DNA of 64,000 nt from an uncultured Nitrososphaerota archaeon. Lineage in GTDB: Archaea; Thermoproteota; EX4484-205; JAAOZP01. A program made the position numbers and the translations under genes. Numbering within the stretch: position 1 is the first letter of the stretch; each line of letters starts with the position of its first letter. The notes under the pieces are model-generated. The model was not told the DNA's origin. It did no database searches and saw only the letters and a program-made list of their open reading frames with translations. Location: assembly GCA_964416155.1 (NCBI GenBank), contig CAYQCW010000001.1, forward strand, positions 160,001 to 224,000. Reading direction: 5' to 3'. Of this stretch, positions 19,385-29,200 are shown one piece after another.

Positions 19385-21721
19385 TCAGTAACCCCTCCAG
19401 GCCTTCTTGATTTCCGACGTGCTTAACTCGCACACCTCTCTATTCAGATCAGTCATACGCAACCCGAAGCCTCTGGCTACTCTGCCAATCATGCTGAACG
19501 GTAGTCCTGAGAACAGTTCCTCAAACCTCCTCCACCGGGCTCCATCAACCTCAACGAGGAACCTTGATGTCGACTCTGAGAAAAGAACGTAGTCGCTCCT
19601 AGCCGTGTTTGAGGGGGCCTTGCGGAGATCTAACTCTATGCCCAGGTTTTTCGATGCGACTACCATCTCAGCCGCAGCCACTCCTAAACCACCCTCCGAG
19701 AGATCGTGACACGACAACACGAGTTTCTCGTCAACCGCCCGGATTAGAGAGTCGATCAGGCTCTTAGATAGCCTGGCATCCAGCTTAGGCACCTCTCCGC
19801 CGTCAACCCCTTTAAGCCTAAAGTATGCTGAGCCCCTCAGCTCCTCCCTGGTTAAGCCGATAATGTAAACAGGGTTCCCCTCCTCCTTAAGGCTTAAAGT
19901 AACCACGTTCCGGATGTCAGGAATTATCCCTACGCCTGTCACTAGTAGGGTTGGCCTCACTGAGCCCAGCGGCGACTCGTTGTAAAGACTATCCTTGCCT
20001 GAGATGAATGGTGTGTCTAAAGCTCTTGAGAAATCGTAGCAAGCCTCAGCAGCCCTCAGCAACCTACCCATGTTATCCTCGTTCTCGGGGCTTCCCCAGA
20101 CAAAGTTATCCAATATCGCGACCCTCCTCCCCCCGGCGGCAGCATTATTCCTTAAAGCCTCTTCTATAGAGGCTGCAGCCATCCAGTATGGGTCGGGGTA
20201 GAAAGGGTTTATTCCGCACGATATTACGATTCCCATCCAGGAATCTCTGAGGGGCTTTATCACCGCAGCGTCGCTCGGCCCAGCCTCCTCACCGTGAAGA
20301 GGCTTAACCACCGTGCATCCCCTCACCTCGTGATCATAGGTTCTGATAACATCCTCCTTACTCCTAATATTTGGGTCTGAGAGAAGAGTCAGAATCTCTT
20401 CGGCAAGGTCAACAGGCTCCTCTAAGTCAACCCTCGCTGGTGTGAGCAAAGGTATTTTCGCCCTCCTAGTAACCTTAGGAGGGTTGAACAGGAAGCCCAG
20501 GTCTAAGTCGCATACGACGGTTTTCCTCGTGAAAACCCTGACCCTGCCTGTTTCAACAAACCTTCCTACGACGCTTGCCTCGACATCCTCCTCGCCAAAT
20601 ATCTCCAGGACTCTTTCAAGGTTTTCCTCCGGCACTGAGAGAAGCATCCTCTCCTGCGATTCTGAAACCCATATCTCCCAGGGAGCCATGTCAGGAGCCT
20701 TCAGAGGAACCCTATCCAGCTCGACGTCAACACCTAGGCTTGACCTGTATGCCATTTCCCCTGCTGCACAGGATAATCCTCCCCCACCCAGGTCAGTTAT
20801 ACCCGTGGCAAGCCTCTCATCCCTTATTCTTATAATAGCTCTTCTAAGCCTCTCCTCCACTATCGGGTTCGGTATTTGAACAGCCGACCTCAACTCTTCA
20901 GCCTCCTCAGTAAGCTCAGCCGATGCGAACGTCACCCCGTGAATACCATCCCTGCCTGTTCTACCTCCCGCAAGAACAGCCAAATCCCCGTTGCGCGTGT
21001 TTTTCACGTAAGCAGCCTTGGGGAGAACCCCTATGCAGCCGCAGTACACGACAACGTTTCCAGTGTAACCCTTGTCGAAGATTACCGCTCCGGAGACATT
21101 GGGAACACCCATGTTGTTGCCGTAGCTGCCTATTCCGGCCACTACACCCCTATATATGTAGCGGGGATGCTTAACGCCAGGGGGGAGCTCCTCATACCTG
21201 GTGTCCAACGGGCCGAAACACAGTACGTCTGTTAAAGCAACCGGCTCACCCCATACTCCGAGAATATCCCTTATTACGCCTCCTACTCCGGTTGCGGCCC
21301 CTCCGAAAGGCTCTACCGCGGAAGGATGGTTATGCGTCTCAACCTTGGCAGCTATAGCATAACCCTTGTCGAAATCAATTATTCCAGCATTGTCCTCGAA
21401 CACTGAAATACACCAGTCCTTTTCCAGTTCCCTGGTCGACCTCATTATGTACGTCTTCAAAATACTGTTGATTAAACGACCATCGTCGATAGCAACATCG
21501 CCCTTGAAAACGTTGTGAAAACAGTGTTCAGACCATGTTTGGCCAATCATCTGGAGCTCAACATCCGTCAGGGGTCTGTCTCCGAAATACTGTTTTAAAT
21601 ACCTCATTCTCTCCAGACTCATGCTGAGCCCCATTTCCCTGCTTATCTCAAGAAGATCGTCATCGCTTGCTGAAGAAAGGCCTATAGTGTAAACCTCTAG
21701 ATCCCCATACGGCTTCTTCAG
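19385..21721 (-). CDS. purL: FGAM synthase subunit PurL; probable CTG start at 21721 or 21736 (first ATG at 21634)
   Basis: WSEHC, ETHNHPSAVEPFGGAATG, DLGGGG, SESQERM, SGKDS, HDLSEGG. The frame is open upstream of 21634 with no ATG/GTG/TTG. Confidence 0.93.
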   Translation of the reverse strand: MKKPYGDLEVYTIGLSSASDDDLLEISREMGLSMSLERMRYLKQYFGDRPLTDVELQMIGQTWSEHCFHNVFKGDVAIDDGRLINSILKTYIMRSTRELEKDWCISVFEDNAGIIDFDKGYAIAAKVETHNHPSAVEPFGGAATGVGGVIRDILGVWGEPVALTDVLCFGPLDTRYEELPPGVKHPRYIYRGVVAGIGSYGNNMGVPNVSGAVIFDKGYTGNVVVYCGCIGVLPKAAYVKNTRNGDLAVLAGGRTGRDGIHGVTFASAELTEEAEELRSAVQIPNPIVEERLRRAIIRIRDERLATGITDLGGGGLSCAAGEMAYRSSLGVDVELDRVPLKAPDMAPWEIWVSESQERMLLSVPEENLERVLEIFGEEDVEASVVGRFVETGRVRVFTRKTVVCDLDLGFLFNPPKVTRRAKIPLLTPARVDLEEPVDLAEEILTLLSDPNIRSKEDVIRTYDHEVRGCTVVKPLHGEEAGPSDAAVIKPLRDSWMGIVISCGINPFYPDPYWMAAASIEEALRNNAAAGGRRVAILDNFVWGSPENEDNMGRLLRAAEACYDFSRALDTPFISGKDSLYNESPLGSVRPTLLVTGVGIIPDIRNVVTLSLKEEGNPVYIIGLTREELRGSAYFRLKGVDGGEVPKLDARLSKSLIDSLIRAVDEKLVLSCHDLSEGGLGVAAAEMVVASKNLGIELDLRKAPSNTARSDYVLFSESTSRFLVEVDGARWRRFEELFSGLPFSMIGRVARGFGLRMTDLNREVCELSTSEIKKAWRGY

Positions 21722-21969
21722 GAGCCCCGGCTGCAGGTCGAGAGCACCTCTACGCTGTAATCATCCTTAACGGGGTTGGCCAACAGTTTTCTACACATTT
21801 CCTCCGCAAGCCTTACTGCTTCTTCACGATCGTTAGATTCAACGTCAACAATATAGACTTTGCCGGTTTTAACCATAGTCACGGGGAAGCCGAGATCCCT
21901 TAGCGATTTAGCAGTCACATCGCCCTCAGGGTCGGAGTGACCCGGTTTAAGCTTAACTTCAACCCTCAG
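21718..21969 (-). CDS. purS: FGAM synthase subunit PurS; probable CTG start
   Basis: From CTG 21969: LRVEVKLKPGHSDPEG...MCRKLLANPVKDDY, 83 aa. The ORF-track GTG at 21918 lies after the conserved DPEG motif. Confidence 0.88.
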   Translation of the reverse strand: MRVEVKLKPGHSDPEGDVTAKSLRDLGFPVTMVKTGKVYIVDVESNDREEAVRLAEEMCRKLLANPVKDDYSVEVLSTCSRGS

Positions 21970-22400
21970 CCTCGTTTCTTCCTTTCCTCCTTAAGCCTCT
22001 CCGCGAGCCCAGGGTATTTCAGGGACAGTATTTCAACCGCCAGTATCGCAGCATTCTTCCAGTTGTCCACGCCGACAGCAGCAACCGGTATGCCTGGAGG
22101 CATCTGGACGATTGAAAGAAGCGCGTCTAGACCACCAAGCTTAACCTCCCTTGGAACACCGATCACGGGCTTAACGGTTTTAGACGCTATAACCCCGGGC
22201 AGGGCTGCTGAAAGACCAGCCACCGCGATAAACACTTCTGCATCACTGTTCTTAACGAAAGAGTCCAGCTCATCGGGATTCCGGTGGGCGGAGAGAACCC
22301 TGTAATCACAGTCAACATCAAATTCTTTCAAGAAGCCAACGATGTTTCTACCGAGCTCGTCATCAGACTTGCTCCCCACTATGACGGCAGCCTTAGCCAT
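21966..22400 (-). CDS. purE: AIR carboxylase/N5-CAIR mutase
   Basis: GSKSD, SAHRNP, AGLSAALPGV, PVIGVP, QMPPGIPVA. Confidence 0.95.
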   Translation of the reverse strand: MAKAAVIVGSKSDDELGRNIVGFLKEFDVDCDYRVLSAHRNPDELDSFVKNSDAEVFIAVAGLSAALPGVIASKTVKPVIGVPREVKLGGLDALLSIVQMPPGIPVAAVGVDNWKNAAILAVEILSLKYPGLAERLKEERKKRG

Positions 22401-22402
22401 TG

Positions 22403-22657
22403 TTAAGACCCCTCGTAGAACATTTGTTTCTCAGCGAAGTGCGTGACGACTTCATTACTCCCAGCCTCCTCTATATCCTTGTGGAACGCTACTGATAGGC
22501 CCAATTCTCCTCTGCCTACCGATATGAATACTGCTGGCCTAGACGTTTCTAGCAACTCTATTGGGCTAAGCCTCTTCTCAACCTCACTACTGTAGGAGGG
22601 GACACGTTCAATCAGGCTGATTCCCACATCAGGCTTCATTCTAACAGTCATTTTCAA
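22403..22657 (-). CDS. Uncharacterised 82-84 aa protein within the pur operon
   Basis: Fills the purD-purE gap exactly; TTGA overlap with the purD stop; SD GGAGGT upstream; ends 2 nt before the purE ATG. Confidence 0.6.
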   Translation of the reverse strand: MKMTVRMKPDVGISLIERVPSYSSEVEKRLSPIELLETSRPAVFISVGRGELGLSVAFHKDIEEAGSNEVVTHFAEKQMFYEGS

Positions 22658-24135
22658 CCAACCTCCTCCAATCCTTTTCCAGGTATCCAGATCATTCTCC
22701 TACCGAGAATCCCCTTTCTCTCCCTATATTTATATATTTCTCTCGCCATGTCGGCTAGCATTATCCTCCTCTCTAAAGACTTCTCAGAACCGATGTCACT
22801 CCTGTGGAAAAGCCCCCAGCCATCTGCAAAGCTAACCTTCGACGTAAGCCTCTCAGCAATGCTGCTTGCCTCAGGTATGGTTTCCGCAACGCCGAGACAC
22901 TCTACAAGCCTGGAACCGCCACTCTCTATGATTCCAGAGTCTTTCAAATCCGCTGAAGCCCAGAAAACCCCCTCCCCATAGTCGTGAACTAGCACAGGAT
23001 GGCCCTTTGCAAGATCCCTGCTCAACGGGTATCCGTGTGGCGAGACTGCTTTCACAACCGTGGCCTTCTCCTCAAACTCAATACTAACAGTGTTAAGCCT
23101 CTCGCTTATTATCGCCTCACATATTTCGACGATATCGGTCTTCAAAACGGCGAGGACGTTTAAAGCCTCAGGATCCCCAAGCCTAGAATACATTTCTATT
23201 ATCGTCGGCCCCCATATGGAGGTCAGCATCATCTGCCCGGCTACAACACCATGATATTTTCTCCCAGTTTCACGCTGAATAGCATCAACCATCATCCTAA
23301 CTATTTCAGCAGATTTCTCAACCTCCTCCTCAGTAAGTATAGACCTATCATCGTTAACACCCCATTTCAGATTCATGCCGCAACATATAGACCCCATTCC
23401 ACCCGTTTCAGGGCCAAGGTCGCCGTCGAAGGCATGCTTGTTATCTTGGACAGCGGGCATCGGCACTATCGTCCTACCGTCCGTGAAACATTGCAACGTA
23501 TACTCCGGCCCCCAGACCCTCTCCTCTATCAGTATTTTGAAATCCACGTCGCCGTAACCCTTCATGTAGTCCCTGTAGATGGATTCGACATGCTGCTTCT
23601 TCACCTTCTTCTTCTCTTCTTTCAAATAGACTTGGAAATCCTCTATCACTTTAACTCCTTTCCCACCTACCTGCCTAGCAGGCTTAAGCGCGACGCTCTC
23701 AGCATACTCTTCAACATACGGGGCAGCCTCATCGAACGTTCTGAACTTCTTATACCAGAGCCGCCCCGGAATCCCGTATTTCCACTGTAGATCCCTCATG
23801 CTCGCCTTCGACAACTCTATCTCAGCAACCTGCCTGTTCGCACCTATGCATGGAATACCTTTCTCCTCAAGAATGTCCGGAACACCGTGGAAATTAGGCT
23901 CCTCAGGACCTATGAAAACGAAGTTGACACCAGTCTTTAAAGCGTTCTTCAAAACCGTCTCAGCATCATTAGGATCCCCAACATAATACTCGCCACCACT
24001 TTTTTTAACAATCCTGCTTATACCCGGGTTGACGAGGTCAGAGAGGCAGTAGAGCCTGAGCGAGTAACTGCTTCTCGCGAAAGCCGCTGCTACGGCATGC
24101 TCCCTCCCGCCACCGCCAACCAGAAGAACCTTCAA
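22654..24135 (-). CDS. purD: Phosphoribosylamine--glycine ligase
   Basis: GGGGREHA, IGPE, GGKGV, GPETGGMG, SRLGDPE. TTG 24135 follows SD GGAGGTG. Confidence 0.95.
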   Translation of the reverse strand: MKVLLVGGGGREHAVAAAFARSSYSLRLYCLSDLVNPGISRIVKKSGGEYYVGDPNDAETVLKNALKTGVNFVFIGPEEPNFHGVPDILEEKGIPCIGANRQVAEIELSKASMRDLQWKYGIPGRLWYKKFRTFDEAAPYVEEYAESVALKPARQVGGKGVKVIEDFQVYLKEEKKKVKKQHVESIYRDYMKGYGDVDFKILIEERVWGPEYTLQCFTDGRTIVPMPAVQDNKHAFDGDLGPETGGMGSICCGMNLKWGVNDDRSILTEEEVEKSAEIVRMMVDAIQRETGRKYHGVVAGQMMLTSIWGPTIIEMYSRLGDPEALNVLAVLKTDIVEICEAIISERLNTVSIEFEEKATVVKAVSPHGYPLSRDLAKGHPVLVHDYGEGVFWASADLKDSGIIESGGSRLVECLGVAETIPEASSIAERLTSKVSFADGWGLFHRSDIGSEKSLERRIMLADMAREIYKYRERKGILGRRMIWIPGKGLEEVG

Positions 24136-24139
24136 CCAG

Positions 24140-25453
24140 CTACACCTCCGGATAGACACAGTTGAAACAGCCTAGGCAAAGCTCATCCCCTTTTAATCCG
24201 ATCGCATCAATCAATCCCTCTATGCTGAGATACTTGAACGAATCTGCGCCAACAACCTCAGCGATCTTCTCTTCAGACAAGTGTCTCCCTATGAGCTCAT
24301 CCTCAGGCGGAACCTCAACGCCAAAGGGACAGTGGGAAACAATATGCGGGCTCCCTATTCTAACGTGTATCTCCTTAGCGCCCTTCTCCTTCATCAAGTA
24401 GACTATGTTCGCAAGCGTGTTACCCCTTACGACGCTGTCGTCAATCAGCACAACCCTCTTACCTCTAACAGCCTCGCTTATCACGTTCAGCTTAAGCTGA
24501 ACACCCTTGAGTCTTTCAAACTGATCCGGTCTCAGAGCACTCCTAACCCTCCTGCCAGTAAGCTCAAAACCCTTCTCTATAGGAATACCTGTCTCGTTAG
24601 AATATGCCATTGCGAATGGTATTGCCGTCTCAGGAACACCTATCACCACGTCCGCGTCCACCCTGTCCTCCTCAGAAAGCCTCCTGCCTATGTTCCTCCT
24701 AACCCTGTATATCGGAATATCGTTAACATACGAGTCAGGCCTAGCCAAATACACGTATTCAAAGCTGCAGTAGGCCCTGCCTGATGAATCACCACCCTTA
24801 ACCAAGCGTGCTGAGAAGTGTGTGAAAACCATCGCGTCCCCAGCCTCAATGTTCTCCGCAGGGCTTATCGGAACCCTCTCGCCAATAACGTCCATCACGC
24901 AGCTCTCTGAAGCAACAATCCCGCCTTCAAACCCGAATTTGCCGAGCACGAGCGGCTTAACACCGAGGCTGCACCTTCCCGCAACCATCTCCATCCGGTG
25001 GTTCACAGCAATGTAGGTGAAGCCTCCCTTACAGTTGTCGAAAAACTCTTTAACAGTCTCTATTTCCCCCCTGGGCCCGACGAAGCTTGCGAAAGCCCTC
25101 CTCAGGTTACCCTCGTAGCTTAGCGAAGCATTCCAAGAATACCCCTCAACCCTAGTTATTCTGCCGTCTAAAGCCATTGAGACTTTCTCATTCAAGGCAA
25201 GAGGCTGAATATCCTCCTCGGCTTCAACAGGATACGGGGAAACCGCGCCCAGGCAGATATGCCCCTCAGTCCCTAAATGGCTTAAAACATCTTCAACCAA
25301 GCCTTTACCAGATATTCTCCGCCTAGCCTGCCCTATGAGCTCCAGTCCAGCCGTCTCCTGACCCCTGTGTTGTAGAGCCAGCAACCCGTATACTCCGAAG
25401 CTCCCAGCGTTCCACCTCTCGTCGAAAAGATATATTCCCAGTATCCCCGTCAT
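24140..25453 (-). CDS. purF: PurF paralog lacking the N-terminal catalytic Cys
   Basis: Starts MTGILG. Retains QHRGQE, CSFEYVYLARPDS, VLIDDSVVRGNT, CPFG and CLGC. Lacks HVRY and the NG motif. Confidence 0.85.
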   Translation of the reverse strand: MTGILGIYLFDERWNAGSFGVYGLLALQHRGQETAGLELIGQARRRISGKGLVEDVLSHLGTEGHICLGAVSPYPVEAEEDIQPLALNEKVSMALDGRITRVEGYSWNASLSYEGNLRRAFASFVGPRGEIETVKEFFDNCKGGFTYIAVNHRMEMVAGRCSLGVKPLVLGKFGFEGGIVASESCVMDVIGERVPISPAENIEAGDAMVFTHFSARLVKGGDSSGRAYCSFEYVYLARPDSYVNDIPIYRVRRNIGRRLSEEDRVDADVVIGVPETAIPFAMAYSNETGIPIEKGFELTGRRVRSALRPDQFERLKGVQLKLNVISEAVRGKRVVLIDDSVVRGNTLANIVYLMKEKGAKEIHVRIGSPHIVSHCPFGVEVPPEDELIGRHLSEEKIAEVVGADSFKYLSIEGLIDAIGLKGDELCLGCFNCVYPEV

Positions 25454-26937
25454 GTAACTCCCCCCAGCCTCGTGAACTCATCCCTCTCATAGATCCTCCT
25501 CTCATCCCTAAAGTCTGTCGAAGCCTTGGCGGTGTCAGCCATCTTCTGAGTAAGCTCGGTCGGATACTTTCCTGTTACGCATGCTAGGCAAAGCTCGTTA
25601 ACACCCATTCCCGTGGCCCTGACATAGTCCTCCAGAGGCTGGTAGAAAACCCCGTCGGCACCAACCTGTTTCGCAATACCCTCCTCGTCAAACCTGAAGC
25701 CGATAAGCTCTGTGAAAGTAGCCATGTCAACACCGTAGAAACACGGGTGAGTTATCCTCGGGAAAGTTATGAAGAGAAAAACCTTCTCAGCGCCAGCCCT
25801 CCTAAGCTTCCTAACCACAGTCCTAGTGGTGTCACCCCTGACAATACTGTCGTCGACAACAATAACCTTCTTGCCCTTAAGCCTCCCGTCCATAATGTTC
25901 ACCTTCTTGTCAATCGTTGAAACCCTTTCACCGGGCTCGAGAATGAAAGCCCTCTGAGTAACATACCTGTGCCTCCTAAGAACTCTCTCCCATTTCAAGC
26001 CAGTCTCCTCATGCAGACCGTACGCAGCGTCCTCAGCCGTCTCAGGCATTGAAAGAATCACGTCAGACTTCTCAACAACATCCCTAAATCTCCTCCCCAG
26101 GTTTCTGCCAAACTCCTCCCTCACGCTGTAAACATACTTCCCGTTGAGCAGGGAATCCGGCCTAGCGAAGTAAGCATATTCAAAAGCGCAGAAAGCAGTC
26201 CTATCCTTCTTCACAAGCCTCTCCCTTTCAACACCATCCTTACTAAAGACAACAATCTCACCAGGCTTAACATCACTCGTAAACCTCAGCCCGTTAATGT
26301 CAAACCCAACAGTCTCAGAGGAGAAAGCATTAACCGCACCGTCCTCGCTAACCCCGATGCTGAGAGGCCTTATTCCAAGCGGGTCCCTGAAGGCGAAAAG
26401 CTCCCCGTTAGACCTCAGGCCCACGACAGAAAAGGCGCCTTCAACATCCCTCATGCAGCGCTCAACACCACTAACTAAACCTCCATCAACACTCATGACA
26501 AGGATTTTTGATAAAACAACCGCGTCACAGCCCGCTTCAAAACCCCCGGAAGCCTTCAGACGACTCCTAAGCTCATTAACGTTAACAATATTACCGTTGA
26601 AAGCGAAACCAATCTTCTCACTCCCGTGGGAAGATATTAGCGGCTGCGCATCATTCAGCCGAGAAGAGGAACCCCTATCCCCCGACGTGCCATACCTGAC
26701 GTGAGCAACTCCAACACTCCCCTGCAGAAAGCCACGCCACCTAGAATACCTCTCGCCAAAAACCTGTGGAACAAGGCCAACATTCACATGCCGCCTGAAA
26801 CCCTCCGCACACGTTAAAAAACCATAAGACTCATGACCCCGATGGTTCTGTGCCACAAGCCCCCAATATAAAAGGTCGAAAACACACCTGCCGCCTAAAC
26901 ACTTCGCCCCAAACACGCCGCAGCTCTCGGCAAGCAT
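25450..26937 (-). CDS. purF: Amidophosphoribosyltransferase (short propeptide, catalytic Cys, Fe-S type)
   Basis: MLAES|CGVFG, AHVRYGT, FNGNIVN, RDPLGIRP, VDDSIVRGDT, CFYG, CLAC. Confidence 0.93.
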   Translation of the reverse strand: MLAESCGVFGAKCLGGRCVFDLLYWGLVAQNHRGHESYGFLTCAEGFRRHVNVGLVPQVFGERYSRWRGFLQGSVGVAHVRYGTSGDRGSSSRLNDAQPLISSHGSEKIGFAFNGNIVNVNELRSRLKASGGFEAGCDAVVLSKILVMSVDGGLVSGVERCMRDVEGAFSVVGLRSNGELFAFRDPLGIRPLSIGVSEDGAVNAFSSETVGFDINGLRFTSDVKPGEIVVFSKDGVERERLVKKDRTAFCAFEYAYFARPDSLLNGKYVYSVREEFGRNLGRRFRDVVEKSDVILSMPETAEDAAYGLHEETGLKWERVLRRHRYVTQRAFILEPGERVSTIDKKVNIMDGRLKGKKVIVVDDSIVRGDTTRTVVRKLRRAGAEKVFLFITFPRITHPCFYGVDMATFTELIGFRFDEEGIAKQVGADGVFYQPLEDYVRATGMGVNELCLACVTGKYPTELTQKMADTAKASTDFRDERRIYERDEFTRLGGVT

Positions 26938-26978
26938 TTACGGCAAAAAACATTTCCGGCAGGTATTTAAAAATTCGC

Positions 26979-27013
26979 TAACATGAACAAGTTAAATTAC
27001 CAAGTTTATGTTA
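26979..27013. promoter_or_regulatory. Inverted repeat just upstream of the pur operon TATA box (candidate operator)
   Basis: TAACATGAAC-N15-GTTTATGTTA (9/10 match); minus-strand TTTAAATA at ~26972-26965. Confidence 0.4.
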
Positions 27014-27199
27014 AAAAACTCGAGGGATAGGCACAGTTTTGCAATATTCTACTTCCTGGTTCTCTGGAAGCGGGTTATAGTCATCCTGAGTGGAAAGCGG
27101 AATCCCAGTCGACAGGGAAAGCCAACAGCTCTTTAAGCGGAAATTAGCGCGGGCTATACCGAACTACAAGGGTAGTGGAAGATGAACCTCGCCCCCGTA

Positions 27200-27967
27200 T
27201 CAGAAGAACGGTACGAACCTCTCTCCGTCGAAGCTAAGCGTCCCCGTTACAGTGCCATCTAACATGCGTAGAGGCACTAGGGTGGAGAGCCCTCCGCCCC
27301 TGGCTTTCCTTCCCTGAACCTCCTCAGCAGAGTATCCTCCCTAAACGGCATTGCTCTGCTATCCTCTAGCATGGCCATGCCGACTAGGGTTCCGTCAGGC
27401 AGGAAGTTGACGTGTCTCGCCCCAACTATCTTCTCACCCCCGATTCTTTCGATCAAAGTGTCTCCATTGAGCAACAACACTCTACCATCCTCCAGCTTTA
27501 CGAGAAATGCTGGGTTTCCGTTTAGCAGCCTGAAGAGGAAACTTCCCTCTAAAACTTTCATCCCATGGGCTTCATCTATAAGCTTGTCGCTGACGAAGGG
27601 AACTTGCCGGCCATCATCTAAGAAGACTCGCCTACCAAAATATTGCCAAAGAAGACTCTGTAGGAAACCCGCGCAGCCTTAAACTCCTTCCCGCCAATCC
27701 TATCTATCAGGATATCGTCCCTGAACAAGAGTTCTCGCTCGAACCCCTGAACCCAGAGCGCGCGCAAATTTATACCCTGTCGCATCCCACCTTCCGACGC
27801 AGTAGCCGTAATGCTTGCAGCACCACCGTAAGAAGCAGACTATCTGTTTTCCATGTTCCCGGCGTACCCTAGGCTAACACGCAAACTAGTAGTATGCTCG
27901 CTACCAGCAAAGAAACTGCTATAATAATGCCGGGGATCATTAAACTAGAGTTCTTTAAATCTTTCAC
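27200..27967 (-). pseudogene. Decayed membrane-anchored protein with ~42-aa tandem beta repeats
   Basis: SD GGAGGTGG and GTG 27967; hydrophobic leader; TAG at 27871-27869; then 4 repeat units in shifting frames. Confidence 0.6.
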
Positions 27968-28186
27968 GTGTACCACCTCCGCTTATAGGGGGTAATGGGT
28001 CATATATTGCGGAGGCCGATATCGATATATTTCACATTCGAAAAAGAACAATAGAATGCTCCAAAAAGAGGTCAAAAAATCCAATTCATCCCCATCTGCA
28101 GAATTTGGTTAAAACCTTGCTCAAGAATTTTGCTCGCGATAACGCTCCCATATGCCTTTTTCCATGGAGCATAAAATGGTGCCGCG

Positions 28187-29116
28187 CTAAGTTAGAACAT
28201 TGTCAACGCTAAGCAAGCCTAGGTCGTCGACACTAACTCCTTCAGCAAGAACCCTGTATGCTCCGACGCATCTTTTAGCAACCTCCTTAACAACTGGTTT
28301 AGGCAGCTCCGGCGGCTCCCCCTCTCCAACGAAACCCATTCTCCTTAAGCATTCTCTGAGAAACTCTTTGTCCAGGCAATGCGACTCCTGCGGTTCTCCA
28401 ACCCTGTAGTATTCGACTGCCCAGAGCCTTGCGGAGTCATGTGTAGGCGGCTCATCTATCTGAATCAACTCATCCCTGTAGAAGCCAAACTCTATTTTGA
28501 AGTCGGGTATTATTATTCCTGCTTTCCGAGCCTCAGCCTCGTAAAACTCGTAAAGCTTGAGAGCAGCCTCCTCCAGCGTGCGCCAGGTATCCGCGTCAAT
28601 AAGCTTCATCTCTAACGCTTCAGCCCTGGTGATCTCCCTGTCGTGGCCCACGTCGGCCTTCGTAGTGGGTGTTAACACTGGTTCCGGAAGCTCCTCAGCC
28701 ATCCTTAGTCCATCTGGAAACCTTAATCCGTACATTTCCCTCCTGCCCTCCCTGTAAGCCCTCCATAATGATCCGTAAAGGTATTTCCTAATAACCCATT
28801 CAATATTGACCCTCCGAGCCTTCCTCACTAGTATGCTCCTCTCGTCCACAACGTCTATAAGATGGTTTGGAAAAACCTTTCTGCTCCTCCTCATCCAGAA
28901 CACAGTCAGCTTCTGCAAGTATTCCCCCTTCCTAGGTATTGGTGTGGGAAGCACGACGTCGAACACCGAAACCCTGTCAGTGTGATAGATTAGGAGTTCC
29001 TCCCCCAGGTCGTATATGTCCCTGACCTTCCCCCTTAACGGCTTCCCGATGTTCAGGTTAGAGTATTTGACGACGAGTGTTTCCCCGCCTGTTAAAGGAT
29101 CCTCCGCCAGCCACAT
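28187..29116 (-). CDS. purC: SAICAR synthetase
   Basis: RGKVRDIY, TDRVSVFD, PTTKA, DFKIEFG, IDE, DKEFLR. Start probably near 29116; the longer ORF would overlap the divergent gene. Confidence 0.92.
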   Translation of the reverse strand: MWLAEDPLTGGETLVVKYSNLNIGKPLRGKVRDIYDLGEELLIYHTDRVSVFDVVLPTPIPRKGEYLQKLTVFWMRRSRKVFPNHLIDVVDERSILVRKARRVNIEWVIRKYLYGSLWRAYREGRREMYGLRFPDGLRMAEELPEPVLTPTTKADVGHDREITRAEALEMKLIDADTWRTLEEAALKLYEFYEAEARKAGIIIPDFKIEFGFYRDELIQIDEPPTHDSARLWAVEYYRVGEPQESHCLDKEFLRECLRRMGFVGEGEPPELPKPVVKEVAKRCVGAYRVLAEGVSVDDLGLLSVDNVLT

Positions 29117-29200
29117 CAACGCCTTTTTCACACGGGTGTTTAAAAACGTTTCCAACCCTAGGGGTTTAAAGCTTATCTTTACCCTCTGCAAAAGCATATT

